Shown: positions 17,018 to 26,173, numbered from the stretch's first letter. The stretch: 26,173 bases of DNA from Tolypothrix carrinoi HA7290-LM1 (GCA_019358935.1 JAHHIK010000116.1:1-26173), one strand, 5' to 3'. Notes: generated from the letters alone by a model not told the origin. A program made the numbers and translations.

Positions 17018-18466
17018 ATGGATTCTGTTGAGTTTGATATCGGTGCTCCTTTAGTTCCAAAAACTACTCAAGTTGCAGCACCAGAAACAGCAATTTCTCC
17101 TACCGCCAAACCCGGAACACCAATTACTAAGGCTGCTATTCGCACTTCGTTGCGAGCCTCAACTATAGATAGTGCCTTCGCTGCGGTTTACACAATTACC
17201 ACCACCGGCGTTTTACTTAGTAATTTTCTGGTCGAGTTACATGCTAGTCCTGTGGCTATTGGGATGCTTACCTCAATCCCAATGTTGGTAAATCTGATTC
17301 AGCCAGTAGGTGCATATCTTTCAGAACGCATCACAAGCCGCTTCCGCTATTCCCTTTGGACTAATGGTCCGGCTCGTCTTGTGTGGATAATTCTATTGCT
17401 TGGTATTGTAGCCTTCAGCTGGGGACTAGTTAATTCTCAGCAGCTGGTTATCTTAACGTTGGGGATTCTTGTAGTCAGTAGTCTGTCTAACGGACTCGGA
17501 GGTGCATCTTGGCTAAGTTGGATGGCTCAGATAGTTCCCCGCAGATTGCGCGGGCGCTATTTTGGCTTACGCAACAGTGTAGCTAGCCTGACTAATTTAA
17601 TTTGTGTACCTTTGGCAGGTATAGCTATATCAAAGTGGTATAGTGGCGCAATCCAAGGTTATGGCGTGGTTGTGTTTGTTGGCATTCTGGCGGCAATTAT
17701 CAGTTTGGGGTGTCAGTACTTTCAGGTTGATATTAATCCGCAGCAGCAAAATGCTTTACCCGATCGAATAAGTGAAAACAAGGCTCTTTCAATCGAAGCG
17801 GTTGATAGCGATTTGCCGAATACCGAGAATACAGAAACAAAGAGTGATTTAGCTTTATCTGGAGATTCCAGTAGTGGCAAAAGCATCTTCAAGGATTTTA
17901 ACTTTTTGATGTTTCTGTTGTATTTCGGCTTATGGGCGTTTGCCGTTAATCTCGGCGCTCCATTTTTTAACTATTACTTGTTAGACACGCTGGATATAGA
18001 TGTCAGTTGGGTGGCGATTTACGGTAGCTTGCGGGCAGGGGCAACTTTAGTGATGCTTATTCTCTGGGGTAAGTTGGCAGACAAAATCGGCAATCGTCCA
18101 ATCTTGCTTATCGTCGGGCTTGTGCTAGCACTTACACCGCTGCTGTGGCTGTTAGTTGGTAACAGTCCGCTTGATATTTGGGTCTGGTTGCCGTTGTTAC
18201 ACATCCTTCTCGGCATAACTTGGGCGGGTATTGACTTGTGTAATAACAACATCCAGCTAGGAATAGCACCAGCTAAACATCAGGCAATTTATTTTGCGAT
18301 CGCTGCTGCGGTGGCTGGAGTTAGTGGTGCATTAGGTACAACCATAGGCGGCTTCGTCGCCCAATTCTCTATTTATGGCGGCTTACTCGGATTATTCGCT
18401 ATCTCTGTAATATTCCGGCTAGCAGCTTTCATTCCGCTCGTCTTTGTGCGAGAACCGAAACATTAA
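17018..18466 (+). CDS. MFS transporter
   Basis: About 12 TM helices in two halves, WGKLADKIGNR motif A, RGRYFG. Confidence 0.92.
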   Translation: MDSVEFDIGAPLVPKTTQVAAPETAISPTAKPGTPITKAAIRTSLRASTIDSAFAAVYTITTTGVLLSNFLVELHASPVAIGMLTSIPMLVNLIQPVGAYLSERITSRFRYSLWTNGPARLVWIILLLGIVAFSWGLVNSQQLVILTLGILVVSSLSNGLGGASWLSWMAQIVPRRLRGRYFGLRNSVASLTNLICVPLAGIAISKWYSGAIQGYGVVVFVGILAAIISLGCQYFQVDINPQQQNALPDRISENKALSIEAVDSDLPNTENTETKSDLALSGDSSSGKSIFKDFNFLMFLLYFGLWAFAVNLGAPFFNYYLLDTLDIDVSWVAIYGSLRAGATLVMLILWGKLADKIGNRPILLIVGLVLALTPLLWLLVGNSPLDIWVWLPLLHILLGITWAGIDLCNNNIQLGIAPAKHQAIYFAIAAAVAGVSGALGTTIGGFVAQFSIYGGLLGLFAISVIFRLAAFIPLVFVREPKH

Positions 18467-18469
18467 TTA

Positions 18470-19110
18470 GGGGCATGGGGCATTGGGCATTGGGCATAGG
18501 TTTGGCTGTGCGTTGGTGAAGCAGCGCGGTCTTCTCCCAAAGGGAGAGGCGCTCCGCCAAGGCGAGGCAGTGCGCTATCGCGCTAGAAGCGACAGTCACG
18601 AAGAAAGCCGTGGTTTCCACGCCAGATGCCTCAAGTCGGGAAACCCGCCCACGGCACTGGCTCCCCATGAGCGACTGCACCAAAGGGTTTCCCGGCAGAC
18701 GCGCATCTGCCGTCATGGAGCATGGGGCATGGGGGAGGCAGTGCGTTGGGGAGCGCTAGTTTCGTGGTGAGGCAGCGCGGTCTTCTCCCAAAGGGAGAGG
18801 CGCTCCGCCAAGGGGAGGCAGTGCGCTATCGCGCTAGAAGCGACAGTCACGAAGAAAGCCGTGGTTTCCACGCCAGATGCCTCAAGTCGGGAAACCCGCC
18901 CACGGCACTGGCTCCCCATGAGCGACTGCCGCTCATGGTTTCCCGACTTGAGGCACAGCCGCGTCCGGCGAGCCGCGCTTGAAGCATCTGCCGTCATGGG
19001 GCATGGGAAAAAGATTTGACTTTATTCTCACGTTCCCATTGCCCATTGCCCATTGCCCAATGCCCAATGCCCATTTTCCATTACCCATTACCCATTCCCC
19101 ATTCCCCATC
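18470..19110. repeat. STRR heptamer arms enclosing a duplicated composite of nested ~44-bp hairpin elements
   Basis: GGGCATT/GGGGCAT left arm and CCCATTG/CCCAATG/CCCATTA right arm; 165-bp direct repeat at 18514-18678 and 18765-18929. Confidence 0.9.
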
Positions 19111-19113
19111 TTC

Positions 19114-20064
19114 TTACTCAACTGCGGTAGAACTCAACGATCTAGTTTCCCACAACACCATATGAGGGGTGGTTGGTGCTGGCTGGTGTAAGGAAATCAG
19201 CTGCGCTAAAGTGTTTTTTAACTGGGTACGAGGTACGATGTCATCGACAAAGCCGTGTTTTAACAAATCTTCAGCAGTCTGAAAATCATCGGGCAGTTTT
19301 TCGCGCAAAGTTTGCTCAATCACTCGCCGACCAGCAAAACCGATCATTGCTTTTGGTTCTGCCAAAATTATATCACCCAACATGGCAAAACTAGCGGTGA
19401 CGCCGCCTGTGGTGGGATTGGTTAAAACAGGAATATACAATAGTCGTGCATCTCGATGGCGTTGTAGGGCTGCGGAGATTTTCGCCATCTGCATCAAAGA
19501 AAGCATTCCTTCTTGCATTCTTGCGCCACCAGAGGTGCAGATGATAACTACAGGATATCGCCGCTGAGTCGCTTGCTCAATCAGACGGGTGAGTTTTTCG
19601 CCGACGACAGAACCCATGCTACCACCCATAAATCGGAAGTCCATGACTCCAAGAGCGATGGGTAAATTATTGATTTCGCCTAAACCAGTTTTTACAGCAT
19701 CGATTAAGCCAAGTTTTTCTTGGGTTTCTCGCAGGCGATCGCTATAAGGTTTGCGATCGCGAAATTGCAGAGGATCGGCAGGACGCAAATTCTCATCTAT
19801 AGGTTTCCACGTATTCGCATCTATCAATTGGCGGATGCGCTCTTCGCTATCCACTCGATTATGATGTCCGCATTCAGTGCAAACCATTTGATTCGCCCTC
19901 AGGTCTTTGGCATATGTCAATACACCACACTTAGGACATTTATTCCACAACCCATCAGCAATTTCCCGCTCTTGGCGTTCAACACTGATAGAGCCTGATT
20001 TACGTCGATTTGCAAACCAATCTAACAAAGACTTTAAACCGCGTGATTCTTCGTTGTTTGCCAT
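19114..20064 (-). CDS. accD: Acetyl-CoA carboxylase carboxyltransferase beta subunit
   Basis: C4 zinc finger, [44 protein letters not shown]. Likely start MANNEE. Confidence 0.98.
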   Translation of the reverse strand: MANNEESRGLKSLLDWFANRRKSGSISVERQEREIADGLWNKCPKCGVLTYAKDLRANQMVCTECGHHNRVDSEERIRQLIDANTWKPIDENLRPADPLQFRDRKPYSDRLRETQEKLGLIDAVKTGLGEINNLPIALGVMDFRFMGGSMGSVVGEKLTRLIEQATQRRYPVVIICTSGGARMQEGMLSLMQMAKISAALQRHRDARLLYIPVLTNPTTGGVTASFAMLGDIILAEPKAMIGFAGRRVIEQTLREKLPDDFQTAEDLLKHGFVDDIVPRTQLKNTLAQLISLHQPAPTTPHMVLWETRSLSSTAVE

Positions 20065-20520
20065 TTTTATCTTATGCAAGGTGTACTAAGTTCAAAACAG
20101 ATCAATCCGCTTTGCGTGGTCTTTTATATTTTGTCCTTTGTGAATAAATATACAACGAATCACGATTGACAAATAACTCATGACCACTTATTCCAATTTA
20201 TCTTCTAAGCGTTAATCGACTTAGAGCATGTGCCTTTGGTGCCAGCTTAACGAAAATACATAAACCAATTCAAGTCTATTATTCCTTTTTTAGGGAATTT
20301 ATCAGCAGTTTTGCATTTCTTTGATAGACGCGAACGCAATGGCAAGGAGTTATAGTACAAGCCTCCAAATTAATAATTTTTGTTGCTTTGTTATTGAGAG
20401 TCAGCATCTACCTCACCCTTTGCAGGCTCGCCAATCGATACTAGCTGTTAACATTATCCTAATCACCACTTGATATTACCAAAAGCTAAAAGACAGATGG
20501 CGTAATGGTGGTTACAGTCG

Positions 20521-20727
20521 GGGAGATGGGGAATGGGGCAATGGGCATAGGGCATGGGGGAGGCAGTGCGTTGCGGTGAGACCAGCGCTGCGGGAGGGTT
20601 TCCCTCGTGCCGGCTCTGGCGAACCCGAAGGGAGGTCACGAACGTTGTAGCACCTGCCGTCATTGGGCATGGAAAAAATCTCTCCCAAACCCAATTCCCA
20701 TTGCCCATTGCCCCATGCCCATTTTCC
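20521..20727. repeat. STRR arms with a 44-bp-family element (20561-20660) carrying a nested insert
   Basis: AGGCAGTGCGTTG...GTTGTAGCACCTGCCGT between GGGGCAT-type heptamers. Confidence 0.85.
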
Positions 20728-20728
20728 A

Positions 20729-21550
20729 TCAAGTAACGGGGAAAAATAACCTGATATAGCTAGATAAAATTGCTTCGCCACCAAAAAGAGCGATCGCAGC
20801 TCCTAAAGCGAGAAAGGGACCAAAAGGCATCTTTTGTCCCCACTTCTTTTTTGATAATATAATTGCACTGCTACCTGCTAAGGCTCCGAGGGTACAGGCG
20901 AGAAAACCAGCTAAAAGCAAAAGCTTCCAACCTAACCAAGCTCCCATCATCGCTGCTAGTTTGGCATCACCTCCACCCATCGCTGTTTTTCCAAAAGCGA
21001 TAGAACCAAATATAGCGATCGCATCAAATAACCATAAGCCTAATACTGCTCCGACTATCCCCCGCATCAAATGATGAACTAGTCCACTCCAGCTAGCTTC
21101 TGGTAAAAAACCAACAATCATTTGAAACACAATCCCCAACACTAAACCAGACTGCGTTAATTGATTGGGGAGAATCATAGTATCAAAGTCGATGAGCGAT
21201 AGCGCTAATAACCAACTACAAAAAGCCCAATAGCCAATTGTCAAAATTGAAACTTTAAATACAAATAAAACTAGTAAAAATACTATGCCTGTTATCGCTT
21301 CTACCACAGGATAACGGACAGAAATCTTACTTTTGCAATAACGGCAACGCCCTTTTAACCACAGCCAACCAAGCACAGGAACGTTATCGTGTGCTTTTAG
21401 CTGCCTCAAGCAATGGGGACAGCGAGAAGGAGGAAAGAGAATCGACAACTTAGCAGGTAGCCGATAAACTACAACGTTGATAAAGCTACCGATAGATGCA
21501 CCCAAAGCGAAAACAATTACACTCGTCGGGACGAGTATCAATAAGTCCAT
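20729..21550 (-). CDS. pilD: Prepilin peptidase/N-methyltransferase
   Basis: GSFINVVVYRLP, SRCPHC, GRCRYC, IDFDTMILP, MGGGDAKL, PFGPFL. Likely start MDLL at 21550. Confidence 0.95.
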   Translation of the reverse strand: MDLLILVPTSVIVFALGASIGSFINVVVYRLPAKLSILFPPSRCPHCLRQLKAHDNVPVLGWLWLKGRCRYCKSKISVRYPVVEAITGIVFLLVLFVFKVSILTIGYWAFCSWLLALSLIDFDTMILPNQLTQSGLVLGIVFQMIVGFLPEASWSGLVHHLMRGIVGAVLGLWLFDAIAIFGSIAFGKTAMGGGDAKLAAMMGAWLGWKLLLLAGFLACTLGALAGSSAIILSKKKWGQKMPFGPFLALGAAIALFGGEAILSSYIRLFFPVT

Positions 21551-21556
21551 ATAGTT

Positions 21557-21940
21557 AGTGGATAGTGGATAGTGGGGCATGGGGCAATGGGCATGGGGGA
21601 GGCAGTGCGTTGCAAAGCCAGTGCGTTGCGCGGGTTAAGAGCGTTGAAGCACCTGGCGTGAGGTTCCCTCCGTTGTAGCATCTGCCGTCATGGGGCATGG
21701 GGGAGGCAGTGCGTTGCAAAGCCAGTGCGTTGCGCGGGTTAAGAGCGTTGAAGCACCTGGCGTGAGGTTCCCTCCGTTGTAGCATCTGCCGTCGGCTCTG
21801 CCGACAGTCACGCATCTGCCGTCATGGGGCATAGTCCTTTGTGAAATACGTCTAGCTTCTTTTTATTCCTATTGCCCATTAAACAATTGCCCATTAAACA
21901 ATTGCCCATTGCCCTACTATCCACTATCCACTATCCACTA
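21557..21940. repeat. STRR inverted arms enclosing a ~104-bp tandem duplication of a self-nested 44-bp element
   Basis: (AGTGGAT)n ... (ATCCACT)n; identical outer elements at 21600-21688 and 21704-21792. Confidence 0.9.
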
Positions 21941-21941
21941 A

Positions 21942-22202
21942 CTAATACATGTACGATTCAATCTGATTTAAAGGCACAAAACATTCTTGCGGTAAGAGGA
22001 CTGGTTGACTAGTAAAAATTACCTTACCGCGAAGAGTAACTCGATTAATTGCTACTCCTGAAGCTTGTCCAACAATTTCCGGGTGTACCTCGCAGTAAGT
22101 GTAGTAAATTTGTCCAGCCGCTCTGATCACTGAAGGATCGATTAAGGGTGGCTGGTTTTGTGAGTTGCTAAAATTTGCTTGCCCTTGTCGTAAAGCGTAC
22201 AC
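21942..22202 (-). CDS. Small hypothetical protein, probably a conserved cyanobacterial family
   Basis: 86 aa, GTG start, non-repetitive, with GVAINR..RGKVIF..PVLLPQECFVP; co-oriented between leuB and pilD. Confidence 0.75.
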   Translation of the reverse strand: MYALRQGQANFSNSQNQPPLIDPSVIRAAGQIYYTYCEVHPEIVGQASGVAINRVTLRGKVIFTSQPVLLPQECFVPLNQIESYMY

Positions 22203-22285
22203 TAGTTGTTTTATTTGCTTTCTAAGTTTGTATCTAGTCTATATGAAAGTTTGAAAAAACAGTTGCCAAATTGTCCAACTTTTAA

Positions 22286-22530
22286 GGGGACTGGGGACTG
22301 GGGGAGTGGGGGAGTGGGGGAGTGGGGGGCAGGGGGCAGGGGAGGCAGGGGAAGCAGGGGAGGCAGGGGAAGCAGGGGAGGCAGGGGAAGCAGGGGAGGC
22401 AGGGGGAGAGGAATTTTACCCAATGCCCAATGCCCAATGCCCCATGCCCAATGCCCAATGCCCAATGCCCCATGCCCAATGCCCAATGCCCCATGCCCAA
22501 TGCCCAATGCCCGATTACCCATTACCCATT
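22286..22530. repeat. STRR block (GGGGACT, GGGGAGT, GGGGAGGCA/GGGGAAGCA, then CCCAATG/CCCCATG)
   Basis: Direct reading; the last heptamers overlap the leuB stop codon. Confidence 0.92.
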
Positions 22531-23616
22531 CCCTGATTCCAATGCTTGAATGAGTGTCTCACCCATAGAGCGACAACCTAAAAGATTCATTCCCGGAGAC
22601 ATTATATCGCCAGTGCGATCGCCTTTTTCTAAAACTTGCGATACTGCTTTTTCGATTTTGTCAGCCGCTGCACTTTGATTTAAGCCGTAGCGTAACATCA
22701 TCGCTGCACTCAAAACCTGCGCTAGGGGATTTGCTTTATCTTGTCCTGCGATATCTGGTGCGGAACCGTGGACGGGTTCAAACACTCCAGGACCTGAAGC
22801 GCCTAAACTCGCAGATGGTAACATACCGATACTACCAGTTAACATCGCCGCTGCATCTGAGAGAATATCGCCGAATAAGTTGCCCGTAACGATAGTATCA
22901 AATTGCTTGGGAGCGCGAACTAGTTGCATCGCGGCTGCATCGACATACATGTGAGATAGTTCGATGTCTGAGTATTCTTGAGAAAGTGAAGTAATGCGAT
23001 CGCGCCATAACTGCGATACTTCTAATACATTCGACTTATCCACCGAACATAGTTTACCCCCACGTTTTCGCGCTGCTTCAAAAGCGACTCTGCCGATGCG
23101 TTCAATTTCCGATTCGCTGTAAACCATCGTATTTACACCGCGCTTCTCACCAGTTTCTGTTTCAAAAATTCCCTTCGGTTTACCAAAGTAAATTCCGCCT
23201 GTGAGTTCGCGCACCACCATAATATCCACGCCTTCCACAACTTCTTTTTTCAACGTAGAGGCGTCAATTAACTGCGGTATAATCTTCGCAGGGCGCAAAT
23301 TGGCAAAAAGCCCCAAACCTGCACGCAATCCCAGTAAACCGGCTTCTGGGCGCAAATGAGAAGGCAAAGAATCCCACTTGTAACCACCAACAGCGGCGAG
23401 TAAGACTGCATCACTATTGCGACACATTTCTAAGGTATCAGCTGGCAGAGGTTCGCCTGTAGCGTCAATTGCTGCACCACCCATGAGGGCTTGTTGAAAT
23501 TCAAACTGTAAATCAAATTGCTTCCCGACGACTTTTAGCACGTCTACCGCAACGTTCATGATTTCGGGTCCAATGCCATCGCCGGGAAGTAAGGTAATGC
23601 GGTAGTTTTGAGTCAT
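22522..23616 (-). CDS. leuB: 3-isopropylmalate dehydrogenase
   Basis: [49 protein letters not shown]. Confidence 0.98.
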   Translation of the reverse strand: MTQNYRITLLPGDGIGPEIMNVAVDVLKVVGKQFDLQFEFQQALMGGAAIDATGEPLPADTLEMCRNSDAVLLAAVGGYKWDSLPSHLRPEAGLLGLRAGLGLFANLRPAKIIPQLIDASTLKKEVVEGVDIMVVRELTGGIYFGKPKGIFETETGEKRGVNTMVYSESEIERIGRVAFEAARKRGGKLCSVDKSNVLEVSQLWRDRITSLSQEYSDIELSHMYVDAAAMQLVRAPKQFDTIVTGNLFGDILSDAAAMLTGSIGMLPSASLGASGPGVFEPVHGSAPDIAGQDKANPLAQVLSAAMMLRYGLNQSAAADKIEKAVSQVLEKGDRTGDIMSPGMNLLGCRSMGETLIQALESGNG

Positions 23617-23686
23617 AGTTGGTTTTTACTGGGTAGATGTGCGATCGTAAGCGCAGATTAAATATCATACCTAGCAAAATGTCCCA

Positions 23687-24145
23687 ATGGAGTTTTTAAT
23701 TTATTTAGATGTGTGTTGCTTGAATCGTCCTTTCGATGACCAGACACAAGAACGCATTCGTTTGGAAGCTGAGGCTGTAATGCTGATTTTAAATCGTTGT
23801 CAAAACAATCAATGGCATTTACTAGGTAGCGAAGCCATTGATGTTGAACTCAGACGCACCCCAGATAAAGAGAGAAAACGGCAAATGTCGGGATGGGCTG
23901 CTTTAGCCATAACTAAAATTAGCGTCACCGAACTAATCAAGTCTCGTACTATTGAACTCACAAATCTAGGATTTAAAGCCTTTGATGCATCCCATATTGC
24001 TTGTGCAGAAGTTGCAAATGCTGATGTCTTTTTAACAACTGATGACAGGATGTTGCGTTTAGCAGCAAGACATAGTGGGATGCTACAAGTAAGAGTAGAG
24101 AACCCGTTGCGCTGGGTACTGGAGGTAATAAATGATAGACGTTAG
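23687..24145 (+). CDS. PIN-domain (VapC-like) ribonuclease toxin
   Basis: IYLDVCCLNRPFDDQ, FDASHIACA, FLTTDD acidic PIN motifs. Confidence 0.88.
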   Translation: MEFLIYLDVCCLNRPFDDQTQERIRLEAEAVMLILNRCQNNQWHLLGSEAIDVELRRTPDKERKRQMSGWAALAITKISVTELIKSRTIELTNLGFKAFDASHIACAEVANADVFLTTDDRMLRLAARHSGMLQVRVENPLRWVLEVINDRR

Positions 24146-24356
24146 CAAACTGACTCAAGCCCAGATCAGGCAACTGGGAATAGAAGCACTGACTAAAGCG
24201 CTTGGTCCTATTGGCATGGCGCGATTTATGCAGCAATTTGAGATGGGCAGTGGGGACTATACACAAGATAGGGATCAAATCTTGGGAGATCCCACTGTTG
24301 AGGAAATCTTTGCCGAGATTGAACAGATGCGGCAGGAACAGCAGAAAAAGGCTTGA
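24132..24356 (+). CDS. Small putative antitoxin partner of the PIN protein
   Basis: 74 aa, overlaps the PIN gene by 14 nt; motif G.EAL...LGP.GM.RF..QF..GSGDYT. Confidence 0.75.
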   Translation: MIDVSKLTQAQIRQLGIEALTKALGPIGMARFMQQFEMGSGDYTQDRDQILGDPTVEEIFAEIEQMRQEQQKKA

Positions 24357-24510
24357 AAAGAATCAGGTAGAGAAATATTGATACTTGTCATTGGTTTTAG
24401 TTGTTTGGTTTCTCTACAATAATTATGGCAAGCTTTGCCATTTACTGTCATGAGTGTTAAATAGTGCGTAGACACAAATTGAGTGTTAATGACTAATGTT
24501 GCAAGGTAGA

Positions 24511-24762
24511 CCGCTCCCATAAGTTCGGGAACCGCTCCCGTAAGTTGTGAAACCGCTCCCGTAAGTTGTGAAACCGCTCCCATAAGTTCGGGAACAGCTC
24601 CCATAAGTTCGGGAACAGCTCCCATAAGTTCGGGAACAGCTCCCATAAGTTCGGGAACAGCTCCCGTAAGTTTGGGAACCACTCCCATAAGTTCGGGAGG
24701 CGTTCCCGTCAGTTGGGGAACCACTCCCGTAAGTTCGGGAACAGCTCCCATAAGTTCGGGAG
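24511..24762. repeat. Tandem array of 12 x 21 bp (CMGCTCCCRTAAGTTCGGGAA)
   Basis: Twelve contiguous units without spacers; internal TCCC/GGGA dyad. Confidence 0.95.
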
Positions 24763-24809
24763 GCGCTACAGTTGCAATATTGATAACTACAGTTTAAGTA
24801 TGGTTACAC

Positions 24810-25112
24810 TGATATCTTGCACCAGTCTCAATAACCCGCCGAGGAATAAATTCCCCGGCTGATAGCTAAAGTCGTCTAAAGACGACTGGGTAAGAATTTT
24901 AGTCCATTTCAATGGACTTATGCTATCAGCCCGGAAATTCATTTCCGGGCGGGTCTGGATGCTAATTGAGAATGGTGCAAGATGTTATACCATTTCACGT
25001 TAATAGCGATACATACAGCAAATTGTGTTTTTGTTGAATACACGTAGAGACGTTCCGGCGGAACGTCTCTACAGGTCTGTATTTGTATCAAGGTTTTTGT
25101 GAAACGGTATTA
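24810..25112. mobile_element. MITE A (TIR ATCTTGCACCA.TCTCAAT) with multi-hairpin interior; MITE B is inserted in its right tip
   Basis: 19-bp TIRs at 24814-24832 and 24965-24983 (1 mismatch); GGTTACAC direct repeat at 24802-24809 and 25113-25120. Confidence 0.8.
24988..25109. mobile_element. MITE B (TIR TACCRTTTCAC) carrying a perfect GTAG REP palindrome
   Basis: TACCATTTCAC ... GTGAAACGGTA, with TTA on both sides; GTAGAGACGTTCCG-G-CGGAACGTCTCTAC at 25044-25072. Confidence 0.8.
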
Positions 25113-25295
25113 GGTTACACCAACTTGAATATTGCTGATGATAACTTAAGCATTCAAAGGTAAGGACGCACACTTATGTTCTTATACCGCGTGTTGCATC
25201 CAAAATTTTTGTATTTTCTTTATTTTGCCAAAATCCGAAATATTCTACAGCAAAGTTGTATACAATCTCAACAATAACCTGATAATGACCCAGTT

Positions 25296-26173
25296 ATGCC
25301 GCCAGACTACTCCGGTCAAAATCTCCGAGGTCGCTCTTTTAAAGGTCAAAACCTGACTGGAGCAAACTTTAGCAAGGCAGATATAAGAGGGGCAAATTTT
25401 ACCAACGCTATTCTCAAAGATGCGAACTTCAGAAGTGCCAAAGCTGGACTACAGACACGTTGGGTAATTGGGTTGCTCATAGTCTCATGGCTGCTGGCAA
25501 TAATATCAGGATATTTGACATCTATCATTGGTATATTGCCAGCATACTTTACTGAAACTGAAACAAAAAATCCTCACAATCTTTTTACTAGCATAATCTA
25601 CTTAATTGTAGTTGCAGGATTTTTTATAATCGCTATTCGTAAGGGCTTTACAAAAGGTTTAGCAGTTTCAATCTTATTCATCAGCTTAATAGTCGCGTCA
25701 GTTTTCATAACATTCTTTGTTTACAATAATGCCTTAAGCTTTATTTCCTTTAAACCCATAGCTTTAAGCTTTTTATTTGTTGTACCTATAGTTGTAGCTA
25801 TTGCCATAACTTTCTCTTTTTCCCTAGCTTTTATCACGGCATCAGTATTTATCTTTGCTGGAGACATAGCCTATCTTATAACCTGGTACTTAGCTTCATT
25901 TTTAATATTGTCCTTAGCAATATCCGGAAATTTAGTCATTGGTGTAATTGCATTACTTTCTCAGCTGGGTATTTACATTGGTTTGGATAGCGTAACATTT
26001 GGATACAGAAAGGATACTTTTATACGCTCTTTTGCCATAGCTTTTGCTACTAACCCAAGTTGCGGGTTATCGATTGATACGGCTTGTGATCACTCAATTC
26101 ATGCGATCGCGTACAACAAAGTGGCGTTGGTGCGTAGCGCCAACGTGCCGATGCCGTTGTTACCAGTATTCAG
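25296..26173 (+). CDS. Pentapeptide-repeat membrane protein, open to the window end but probably interrupted at ~26051
   Basis: Manual translation: MPPDYSGQNLRGRSFKGQNLTGANFSKADIRGANFTNAILKDANF, then several TM helices to FIRSFAIAFAT, then atypical sequence. Absent from the ORF track because it has no stop in the window. Confidence 0.85.
   Translation, partial: MPPDYSGQNLRGRSFKGQNLTGANFSKADIRGANFTNAILKDANFRSAKAGLQTRWVIGLLIVSWLLAIISGYLTSIIGILPAYFTETETKNPHNLFTSIIYLIVVAGFFIIAIRKGFTKGLAVSILFISLIVASVFITFFVYNNALSFISFKPIALSFLFVVPIVVAIAITFSFSLAFITASVFIFAGDIAYLITWYLASFLILSLAISGNLVIGVIALLSQLGIYIGLDSVTFGYRKDTFIRSFAIAFATNPSCGLSIDTACDHSIHAIAYNKVALVRSANVPMPLLPVF
26051..26173. mobile_element. Probable terminus of an unidentified insertion sequence
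   Basis: Abrupt GC rise and loss of the family pattern at TAACCCAAGTTGCGGGTTA (small dyad), right at the window edge. Confidence 0.45.

Noticed and set aside
24275..24751. 158-aa MGAVPEL-repeat ORF
   Set aside because: It starts inside the tandem array and overlaps the putative antitoxin gene antisense.

Overview
26 kb of a filamentous heterocyst-forming cyanobacterium (Nostoc/Anabaena-like: about 30 HIP1 GCGATCGC octamers counted by eye, many STRR short tandem arrays). The core backbone is a TonB/SjdR-like gene, psbV-psbV2-petE-cytochrome c6-like, a sugar ABC transporter, an MFS transporter, accD, pilD and leuB. The ABC transporter is split by a ~6.8 kb accessory block (two ScyD/ScyE-family PEP-CTERM genes, a third PEP-CTERM gene, an AT-rich orphan, Uma2). 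Each end of the block carries a GTAG...CTAC palindrome outside a 21-bp tandem array, and the block contains decayed copies of the 3' tips of neighbouring genes. The three PEP-CTERM genes share a 22-bp upstream box. The STRR arrays host a 44-bp hairpin mini-element that inserts at a fixed heptamer position and into copies of itself. Nested MITEs and a toxin-first PIN module lie upstream of leuB. An IS200/IS605-type end truncates the gene at the left edge, and a probable second insertion interrupts the gene at the right edge. All family assignments come from reading motifs and from recalled knowledge; no searches were run.
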